Source: a virus
Lineage: Duplodnaviria > Caudoviricetes
DNA: 38,212 bases
IMG/VR virus record: IMGVR_UViG_3300016665_000162
Location: 1 to 38,212 of that record
Direction: 5' to 3' (one strand)
Shown here: piece by piece, positions 1-6,391 of the stretch
Position numbering within the stretch: the first letter of the stretch is position 1
How the letters are laid out: the number at the start of each line of letters is the position of its first letter
Translations under genes and position numbers: made by a program
Notes under the pieces: generated by a model
Told to the model about the DNA's origin: nothing
The model's input: only the letters and a program-made list of their open reading frames with translations
Databases searched by the model: none

Positions 1-17
1 CCCTGGCGCAGCAGGCC
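1..17. repeat. Terminal direct repeat CCCTGGCGCAGCAGGCC (copy at 38196..38212); probable circular junction
   Basis: Exact 17-bp identity of both window ends; reading frame is continuous across the junction. Confidence 0.8.
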
Positions 18-428
18 GAGCCAACTGGTAAGAAATCCTTACAAGTTGAATCAGTCGTTGCAGAAAATGCAACAACTCAACAACAGATTGAAGACACGCC
101 CCCGTCCGACTATCGGCGCGGCTATTGGGATGGGTTTCGCATCGGCAAACGTGAAGGACGCATTGAGGCAGAGGACAAACTGGCGCAGCAGGCCGAGCCG
201 GTGGAGCCGGTGGCGTGGGCGTTCAGGCACAGCGACGGCACTTATCACGATCCGAGTGTGACCGAGCATTCGGCGGGTATGGTGCCCCTATACCCGCCCC
301 CACCGCAGCGCCTGCCGCTGCCTAACCACGACCAGCACTGCGTCGATGTACCGGGATACGGACTGATGGCTGTCCGTCTTGTCCGCGCCGTCGAACGCGC
401 CCACGGCATAGGGGGCAACAATGGATGA
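3..428 (+). CDS. 3' part of modular hypothetical protein (Eaa/Ead-like 'EPVAW...PLY' module); starts at 38072 across the junction
   Basis: Open frame LAQQAEPTGKKSLQVESVVAENATTQ...LAQQAEPVEPVAW...PLY...VRAVERAHGI; continues MTTITIDRATVEQAL from 38072. Confidence 0.7.
   Translation: MAQQAEPTGKKSLQVESVVAENATTQQQIEDTPPSDYRRGYWDGFRIGKREGRIEAEDKLAQQAEPVEPVAWAFRHSDGTYHDPSVTEHSAGMVPLYPPPPQRLPLPNHDQHCVDVPGYGLMAVRLVRAVERAHGIGGNNG
23..77. repeat. Two tandem 25-bp imperfect palindromes (10-5-10) at 30-bp period
   Basis: AACTGGTAAG-AAATC-CTTACAAGTT (23-47) and AGTCGTTGCA-GAAAA-TGCAACAACT (53-77); each has 9/10 arm complementarity. Confidence 0.85.
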
Positions 429-693
429 CATCATCCGCATGGCCCAAGAGGCGCAGCAAGAGCGGCTTTCTCTCGATGGTAGGTCGCCCAGCACTTTGAG
501 CGGGTATTGGTTTTCGATGGAGGTTGCAGACCTCGCCCGCTTCGCCGCCCTCGTTCGCGCTGATGAGCGCAAAGGGCTGCGTATTTGCGACGAGGCTATC
601 CCCGCCCTCCGCGCCGCGCTGACCGAGCCGGTTCAGGAGCCGGTGGAGCCGAACCAGTGGCAAGCCCGGGCAAACACCCGCGGCAGGCTATGA
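421..693 (+). CDS. Modular hypothetical protein (DDIIRMA...LARFAALV module fused to ALRAAL-EPVQEPV linker)
   Basis: 90-aa ORF overlapping both neighbours; resembles the 36358..36570 protein. Confidence 0.65.
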   Translation: MDDIIRMAQEAQQERLSLDGRSPSTLSGYWFSMEVADLARFAALVRADERKGLRICDEAIPALRAALTEPVQEPVEPNQWQARANTRGRL

Positions 694-1166
694 CCTACAT
701 CATCGGCATCGACCCCGGCGCCAGCGGCGCGGTGGCCATCCTCCAGCGCGACGGCGGCCTGGTGCAGGTGCTTGACATGCCCTGCGTCGAGGTGGTCGTG
801 GGCGGCAAGGCCAAGCGCCGCATCAGCCCGGAGATGCTGGCCGCCGAGCTGCGCCTGTACGCCGACGCGGTGGCCTACGTCGAGCAGGTGAGCGCGATGC
901 CCGGCCAAGGGGTCACCAGCATGTTCAGCTTCGGCGAGGCGCTGGGCCTTGCCAGAGGCGTCCTGGCGGGCCTGGGCGTGCCGGTGCAGCTGGTGCCCCC
1001 GACGAAGTGGAAGCGGGCGCTGAATTTGAACGCGGGCAAGGACGGAGCTCGGGCCCTGGCCGCGGCCACCTGGCCCGCGCAGGCTGGGGAGTTCCGGCGC
1101 GTGAAGGACGACGGCAAGGCCGAGGCGGCGTTGATTGGGTTGTGGGGGCTGCGCAGCGCCGGCTAG
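690..1166 (+). CDS. ruvC: RuvC-like Holliday junction resolvase
   Basis: IIGIDPG, YVEQV, SMFSFG, PTKWK, DGKAEAALI motifs; ATGA overlap start at 690. Confidence 0.88.
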   Translation: MTYIIGIDPGASGAVAILQRDGGLVQVLDMPCVEVVVGGKAKRRISPEMLAAELRLYADAVAYVEQVSAMPGQGVTSMFSFGEALGLARGVLAGLGVPVQLVPPTKWKRALNLNAGKDGARALAAATWPAQAGEFRRVKDDGKAEAALIGLWGLRSAG

Positions 1167-1199
1167 GGTTTGTCCCTAGATTTGTGTCGTAAAAATCTG

Positions 1200-1229
1200 T
1201 TGACGGTCTGGTTCTAGTGTTGCGATAAT
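1200..1229 (+). promoter_or_regulatory. Sigma70-type promoter of the integrase operon
   Basis: TTGACG-N18-GATAAT with extended TGn; AT-rich upstream; GGAG SD before ATG 1262. Confidence 0.7.
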
Positions 1230-1235
1230 CTCATC
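1219..1235. promoter_or_regulatory. Putative repressor operator GTTGCG-N5-CTCATC (extra half-site CGCAAC at 1243-1248)
   Basis: Matches the 17-bp consensus also found in the cro/cI intergenic region. Confidence 0.65.
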
Positions 1236-1261
1236 ACGTTATCGCAACCGGAGCAACAGAC

Positions 1262-1528
1262 ATGACGCACGACTTGTCCGCCAGCTTGCGCGCCCTCAAC
1301 GCCAGCGCCGTCCAAATCGCAGAGCAAGACATCAGTCTTGAAGAGGCCAAAGCAAAGCTGATGCAAGAAGGCAAGGCTCTGATCGCTTCGATCGGTTTTG
1401 AAGCTGCGGTTGATGCGATGGCCGAAGCCTCGGACGTCCTTGAGCGTCACCACTGGGCCGCCAGCGAGCGCCGCCTTCGCGAGCGCAACGCGATAAAGGG
1501 CTTCCGGTTCATTCCGAAGCTCGGCTGA
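1262..1528 (+). CDS. Hypothetical protein (88 aa)
   Basis: SD GGAG, first ORF after promoter. Confidence 0.7.
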   Translation: MTHDLSASLRALNASAVQIAEQDISLEEAKAKLMQEGKALIASIGFEAAVDAMAEASDVLERHHWAASERRLRERNAIKGFRFIPKLG

Positions 1529-1546
1529 AGCGGTCAGGAGCGCCAC

Positions 1547-1801
1547 ATGATCAAAATCCGCATCAGTCCCACCATCGACAACGAGTACCGCGATCGTCTG
1601 CCCGACGAACTGCCGCTCGACAAGCTGCGCGCGGGCGTGTGCGAGCTGACTATTGGCGAGGCACGCGCCGTGCTTGCCGACGCCGAGTTCAATAGCGATC
1701 CGCACGCTGTCGACGTTGGCCCTTACGGAATGCCGCGCGCCACGTTCAACGCCTACCGCACGCTGGCCAAGCAAATCCGCGCCACCCTCAACGCCCTTTG
1801 A
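1547..1801 (+). CDS. Hypothetical protein (84 aa)
   Basis: SD AGGAG, phage-like codon usage. Confidence 0.7.
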   Translation: MIKIRISPTIDNEYRDRLPDELPLDKLRAGVCELTIGEARAVLADAEFNSDPHAVDVGPYGMPRATFNAYRTLAKQIRATLNAL

Positions 1802-1815
1802 TCGGAGCCCACGAC

Positions 1816-2784
1816 ATGTCCATCAAGCTGCGCGGCGACACCTACTGGCTGGACGTCTGCATCAACGGTAAGCGCGTCCGCGAGTCGCTCAAGACCTCCG
1901 ACAAAAAGCAGGCCCAGGCGCTGGCCGACATTCGGCGCGCCGAGCTCTGGCAAGGCCGCATGCTCAAGGCCAAGCCCAAGAAGACGTTCCGCGACGCCTG
2001 CGCCCGCTGGAAGGTCGAGCGCGCGCACAAGCGCTCCATCCGCGAGGACGACGACAAGATCAGGTTCTTCCTGCCCAAGCTGGGCGACCGCCAGCTCGCC
2101 ACCCTTACCCGCGACGACATTGAAGACGCCCTGCCCCAGGACGTCAAGCCGGCCACGCGCAACCGCTACCGCGCCTTCGTGCGCGCCATGCTGCGCGCCG
2201 CCGAGCGCGAGTGGGAGTGGATTGATCGGGCGCCTACCCTTCGCGCAGAGGCTGAAGCGCAGAAGCGCGTCGCATTTTTGACACGCGAGCAGGCTGAAGT
2301 TCTGGTCGCTGCGCTTCCGGAAAAGTACCGGATGCCTGTCCGGTTTGCGCTGCTCACTGGCCTGCGCCGCGCCAACATCTTCGGCCTGACCTGGGAGAAC
2401 GTCAACCTTGAGCGGAGCGTTGTGATCGTCCACGCCGACGAGGCCAAGGCCGGCGAGCGCATCGTCGTCCCCCTGAACCGGCAGGCGCGCGAGCTGCTCG
2501 AGGCGATTCCTGCCGATGCAGACGGCCAGCGCAAAGGCCCTGTATGGCCCGGCATGACGCGCGTCTGGTGCAACACCTGGAAGGCTGCCACCAAGCGCGC
2601 TGGCGTACCCTGGCTGCGTTTTCACGACCTGCGCCACACTTGGGCGTCGTGGCACGCGATGGCCGGCACGCCCCTCTCAGTCCTGCAGGAGCTCGGCGGC
2701 TGGCACAGTCACGAGATGGTGCAGCGCTACGCTCACCTGAGCCAGGAGCACCTGGCTGCAGCCGCCGAAAGGGTCACGATATGA
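1816..2784 (+). CDS. int: Tyrosine integrase
   Basis: TGLRR, HDLRH, LGGW, RYAHL catalytic motifs; N-terminal arm-binding-like YWLDVCINGKRVRESL; near tRNA-derived att core. Confidence 0.95.
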   Translation: MSIKLRGDTYWLDVCINGKRVRESLKTSDKKQAQALADIRRAELWQGRMLKAKPKKTFRDACARWKVERAHKRSIREDDDKIRFFLPKLGDRQLATLTRDDIEDALPQDVKPATRNRYRAFVRAMLRAAEREWEWIDRAPTLRAEAEAQKRVAFLTREQAEVLVAALPEKYRMPVRFALLTGLRRANIFGLTWENVNLERSVVIVHADEAKAGERIVVPLNRQARELLEAIPADADGQRKGPVWPGMTRVWCNTWKAATKRAGVPWLRFHDLRHTWASWHAMAGTPLSVLQELGGWHSHEMVQRYAHLSQEHLAAAAERVTI

Positions 2785-3101
2785 GCAACGAGAAGCAGGT
2801 CATCGCCAACGCCCAGGCCGAGGTGACGAGGCGCCGGGAGGCGCACGAGGACGCGCTGGAGGGGGCGGCGGTGCCCGGCTCAACGGTGTACGTGTTGCAC
2901 GACGGCCGGCGCGGGTGGATGCACGGGGAGGCCGGCGTGGTGGTGAGCGCCGACACCGAGTGGGCCGAGGTGCAGTTCCCCGGCCGCGGGCTGCTCAAGT
3001 TCAAGCTGGAGCGGCTGTCGCGCCAGCCCGACGGCCAGGACTGCATGCACGGGCGCTGGGCCCTGAACATGGCCGCGGCCCACACGCGGACGGAGCGCTG
3101 A
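2781..3101 (+). CDS. Hypothetical protein with SH3/KOW-like beta pattern, coupled to int
   Basis: ATGA overlap with int stop; PGSTVYV...GEAGVVVS...AEVQFP pattern. Confidence 0.6.
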   Translation: MSNEKQVIANAQAEVTRRREAHEDALEGAAVPGSTVYVLHDGRRGWMHGEAGVVVSADTEWAEVQFPGRGLLKFKLERLSRQPDGQDCMHGRWALNMAAAHTRTER

Positions 3102-3177
3102 CCGTCCGGTTTTTGGCACATTTCTGGCACACTACCTCAAGTGCTTTCGAGATTTGTGCGCCAAGTGCTTGAATCTG

Positions 3178-3222
3178 TGGGGTGGCTGATGGGACTCGAA
3201 CCCACGACGACCAGAATCACAA
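3178..3222 (-). other. attP core: 3' half of tRNA-His(GUG), from anticodon loop to CCA (not a full tRNA)
   Basis: Minus strand TTGTGATTCTGGTCGTCGTGGGTTCGAGTCCCATCAGCCACCCCA: GTG anticodon, T-loop GGTTCGAGTCC, CCA end; 5' half absent. Confidence 0.92.
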
Positions 3223-3233
3223 GCCGATGATGC

Positions 3234-3261
3234 AAAAAAGAGCCCCCGTTGCGGAGGGCTC
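3234..3261 (-). terminator. Intrinsic terminator of the late/lysis operon
   Basis: Minus strand GAGCCCTCCG-CAA-CGGGGGCTC (bulged stem) followed by T6, about 55 nt after the holin stop. Confidence 0.8.
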
Positions 3262-3317
3262 AACAGCGTGGCAACTGCGAATTGGCACGCGTGTTACGGC
3301 ACAGTTTTGGCACAGCG

Positions 3318-3719
3318 TCAGCGGGTCACTCCTTTGGCCTTCTCCAAGGTCCGCAAGCCACCAATCCCGAGCATGCCCGTGATGACAACCCACATCAGGT
3401 CGAGGTTGAGCGCGGGTGGCGCCGGCCAGCCTTTGATGGTGCCGATCCAGGCCAGCACCGGTTGACCGATCGTCGCGTACAGGAACCCGGCCGCGCCGCA
3501 CCAGCCGAACGCAGGACGCCAGCCAGCGACGAAGATGGACGGGTGCTGCGCTTCGCGCGCGTTGATCTCGAGCTGCGCCACGACCTGCTTAAGCTCGCCC
3601 TCGGCGGCCATGCGCAGCAGCTCCATCTCGGCCTCGCGCTTCTTCTCCGGGTCGGGCACAAACCGGTCCAGGATCGACTTGCCCAGCTCCAGCACCGGGC
3701 CCAAGATCAGCGGGTTCAT
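3318..3719 (-). CDS. Holin (GTA-type 3TM holin family)
   Basis: DRFVPDPEKK...EAQHPSIFVAGWRPAFGW...MLGIGGLRTLEK signature; in the lysis cassette. Confidence 0.85.
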   Translation of the reverse strand: MNPLILGPVLELGKSILDRFVPDPEKKREAEMELLRMAAEGELKQVVAQLEINAREAQHPSIFVAGWRPAFGWCGAAGFLYATIGQPVLAWIGTIKGWPAPPALNLDLMWVVITGMLGIGGLRTLEKAKGVTR

Positions 3720-3952
3720 GCCAGCACTCCCCACGCAAGCCAGCCAGGCGCGGCCGTGGCGAGCGCATCAAGCCAGTCGGGCTGGCCCTCTCTCCGGTAC
3801 CACTGCTGGACCTCGTACAGAATGCCCACCGCGGTTGTCGTGAACGCCAGCGTGGCGCCCAGCCCCACACGTCTGTACAGCCACAGCGCGGCGAGCGCGC
3901 ACAGGATGGCCAGGACGCCCAGGCCGATGTGCTGCAGTTTGTCTTTGGGCAT
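3716..3952 (-). CDS. Small membrane protein, VanZ-like motif
   Basis: DKLQH...G..YE..Q...DWLDALA pattern with hydrophobic helices. Confidence 0.6.
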   Translation of the reverse strand: MPKDKLQHIGLGVLAILCALAALWLYRRVGLGATLAFTTTAVGILYEVQQWYRREGQPDWLDALATAAPGWLAWGVLA

Positions 3953-3953
3953 C

Positions 3954-4430
3954 TCACGCCTCCATCAGGTCACACATGCGCTTGACCCAGCCGCGGCCGA
4001 ACGCCGGCCAGTTGCTCAGGCTGGACATGAACCGCAGGCGCTGCGCGATCAGCTTCATGCGCACGCTGTCGGCCGACAGGGCGCCCACCGCGGCAAGCGT
4101 TTTGGGTCCAAGCACGCCGTCGTCAGCCACGCCTACCGCACGCTGCAGCCACTTGATGGCCTGGGGCGGCCCGGAGTTCACCGCGGCGTCGAACATCACG
4201 TGTCGGATGCCGGCCGGCAGCTCGTCAGCCCGCACCGCGTTCCAGTATTCCTCGCGGTAGATCCGTTTAGCGAGGTCCAGCGGCAACTCGCGCATGTCGC
4301 CCCGGTAGCCGGCGCGCCTGGCGACCGCCTCGGTGATGCCGTACATGGTTTTGCCGCCAGGGTCAGACGGGTGGTCGCTGTAGCCGCCCTCAGCTAGCAG
4401 CACGTGCTTGATGGCCGTGTCGAAGTTCAC
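3954..4430 (-). CDS. Endolysin, glycoside hydrolase family 108 with peptidoglycan-binding domain
   Basis: EGGYSDHPSDPGGKTMYGIT, FDAAVNSG, DGVLGPKTL, FGRGW; GTG start with GGAGG SD. Confidence 0.93.
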   Translation of the reverse strand: MNFDTAIKHVLLAEGGYSDHPSDPGGKTMYGITEAVARRAGYRGDMRELPLDLAKRIYREEYWNAVRADELPAGIRHVMFDAAVNSGPPQAIKWLQRAVGVADDGVLGPKTLAAVGALSADSVRMKLIAQRLRFMSSLSNWPAFGRGWVKRMCDLMEA

Positions 4431-4783
4431 CTGCGCGCCTCCTGCTTGATGTGCTCCCATGCCGCGATGCACAAGAAAACCACCACGGCCCACAGACCCG
4501 CTCCAGCAACCTTGCTGAATGCGTCGCCCTTGGCCTTCTCCCACCAGCTGGCCTTTGCCATGTAGCGCTCGTGCGCAAGCCGGTGCCCATGAGGATCGCC
4601 TCCTGGGAAGGCGTCCATGAAGCTCTGGCGCAGCGCCGCGAACTGCTTGTCCATGTGCGTCATCAGGTGCTGCTCGTGCGATTTCAGCGCTGTCTGAACA
4701 GCCTGCTCGATCATCAGCGCAACCCTGTCTTCTGTGAGCGATGTGGCGCGCCGCTCTGGTCCCTCGTACATCAGTTCCCCCAT
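4427..4783 (-). CDS. Membrane protein preceding endolysin (possible holin/antiholin)
   Basis: ERR N-terminus, single C-terminal TM helix, overlaps endolysin start. Confidence 0.6.
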   Translation of the reverse strand: MGELMYEGPERRATSLTEDRVALMIEQAVQTALKSHEQHLMTHMDKQFAALRQSFMDAFPGGDPHGHRLAHERYMAKASWWEKAKGDAFSKVAGAGLWAVVVFLCIAAWEHIKQEARR

Positions 4784-5091
4784 GGCAATGGCTGAGGCTC
4801 AGGCGTCGGCGCAGGGTGCAGCCGGCTCTGAATGTTGGCGTCGATGCTGGCTTCCATGTTGGCCAGCTCCTGCGGGCTCATGGATGCCTGCACCCAGCCG
4901 ATGACTTGGTCTTGCGTCAGCTGGTCGTAGGGCGTGAAGGGGTTGCCCGGTTGGGAGAAGTCGCTTGCGCCTTGCAGGCTCGCCGTCACGCCTGAGTCGG
5001 CGCCGGTCAACGTCCAAAAGGCGCGCACGACGAACCCAGGCGGCGCCGGCAGCGTCATCATCTGGTCGATCGTCCAGGTGAAGGTGGTCAT
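4771..5091 (-). CDS. Tail-fibre-associated small protein
   Basis: TFTWTI...FTPYDQLTQDQVIGWV...PLPW, a pattern typical of genes following phage fibres. Confidence 0.65.
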   Translation of the reverse strand: MTTFTWTIDQMMTLPAPPGFVVRAFWTLTGADSGVTASLQGASDFSQPGNPFTPYDQLTQDQVIGWVQASMSPQELANMEASIDANIQSRLHPAPTPEPQPLPWGN

Positions 5092-6377
5092 TGCTTCCCC
5101 TCCAGCTCAGCCACGCGGGCCGACAGTTGCTTGACCGCGTTGATAAGGTGCCACAGCAGCGGATCGGTGTTGACTGACAGCACGCCAGTTGAGTTGGCTG
5201 TCACGCACTCAGGCAACACCTCTTGCATCTCTTGCGCGATGACGCCGATCTGCACGCCAGACTTGTCAATAGCCGCGCTGCGGGGCAGTTCAGGGTCAAT
5301 CTCGTCGGGCAGGCGGTACTCAAAGTTCCGTACCCGGATGCGCTCAATGACGGCAAGACCTTGGTGGTTGTCTTCGATGTTGCGCTTGATGCGCCGGTCG
5401 GAGGTCGTCTCCCAGGTAGTAACGTTTTTTTCGTTGTATGCGCCGTTGGTGCCGCCGATGAACGCAGTGTCGTCACCTTTGCCAGTTATCCCTTCGCCAA
5501 CCACCGTCTGATCATTGCCGCCTACTGCACTTGCTTGAGCGCCGCGCCCAATAAGCGTATTGCGGCTGCCAGTTGTCAAAGAGCCGCCAGCATTGTTTCC
5601 GCAAGATACGTTGTCATTGCCGGTAGTTAAGTTCTGCAGAGCAATCGCACCAAACGCAGCGTTATTCCCCCCCGTTGTGCAATACCGCATTGCTGCACTT
5701 CCGATGGCAACATTGACAATGCCAGTAGTGTTGCTGGTTAAAGCGCGGAAGCCATAAGCCGTGTTGTCTGTGCCCGTGGTGTTGGCCGTTAAAGCAACCG
5801 AGCCAAACGCGGTGTGATTTGAACCAGTAGTGTTAGATTTCAGGGCCTCAAAACCAACAGCTGTGCTTTGCTGGCCAGTGGTATTGGAGGACAGCGCAGA
5901 GGCGCCGGTTGCTACGTTTTGCAGGCCAGTCGTATTCGCCGCCAACGCCGATGTGCCCACAGCTGTATTGGTGGACACCGCCCCAGCACCCAGGCCCACC
6001 CGCACGCCATTGAATGACGCATCGCCGGACACGCTCAGCGTGCCGCTACAAGACAGGTTGCCCGTCACCTCCGTACCAGCCGCGGTCCACTTCTGCACGA
6101 GGTTGGTCGCCACCACAAAGCGGATGTCGGCCGACCCAGCCCGGTAGAAGCCCGTGCCAGTCTCCGCAGCCCAGGCCAGCCCCGGCACCGACGCCGTGCC
6201 GTCAGCCAGGCGCAGCGCACCAGTCATCCCGCCCGCGCCCGTGCGCGACAGCGAGTTGGTCATCTCGGTGGCTACGTCGTTGAGCGTCGAGTTGGCCCAC
6301 GTGGCCTCAATGATGTTGCCGCTGACCACCGGGTTGCCGGCCGGCAGGGTGTAGGTGCCTGATGCATTGCGGGGCAT
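5088..6377 (-). CDS. Tail fibre/spike with C-terminal S74 intramolecular chaperone
   Basis: MPRNASGTYTLP anchor; about 14-aa NTAxGxxALxxNTTG repeats; SDRRIKRNI...GVIAQE...LINAVKQL. Confidence 0.88.
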   Translation of the reverse strand: MPRNASGTYTLPAGNPVVSGNIIEATWANSTLNDVATEMTNSLSRTGAGGMTGALRLADGTASVPGLAWAAETGTGFYRAGSADIRFVVATNLVQKWTAAGTEVTGNLSCSGTLSVSGDASFNGVRVGLGAGAVSTNTAVGTSALAANTTGLQNVATGASALSSNTTGQQSTAVGFEALKSNTTGSNHTAFGSVALTANTTGTDNTAYGFRALTSNTTGIVNVAIGSAAMRYCTTGGNNAAFGAIALQNLTTGNDNVSCGNNAGGSLTTGSRNTLIGRGAQASAVGGNDQTVVGEGITGKGDDTAFIGGTNGAYNEKNVTTWETTSDRRIKRNIEDNHQGLAVIERIRVRNFEYRLPDEIDPELPRSAAIDKSGVQIGVIAQEMQEVLPECVTANSTGVLSVNTDPLLWHLINAVKQLSARVAELEGKQ

Positions 6378-6391
6378 GGTTCAGTTCTCCA

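Larger units (their letters stand above)
3114..3314. promoter_or_regulatory. attP: attP region with (T/C)GGCAC(A/G) arm-type direct repeats
   Basis: TGGCACA at 3114, 3125, 3308; TGGCACG at 3283; CGGCACA at 3297, flanking the tRNA core on both sides. Confidence 0.75.

Noticed and set aside
3178-3222. Functional tRNA-His gene
   Set aside because: Only the 3' half is present; D-arm and 5' acceptor strand are missing, so it is an att core
5088-6377. Diversity-generating retroelement or invertible fibre cassette
   Set aside because: No reverse transcriptase, template/variable repeat pair or invertase seen
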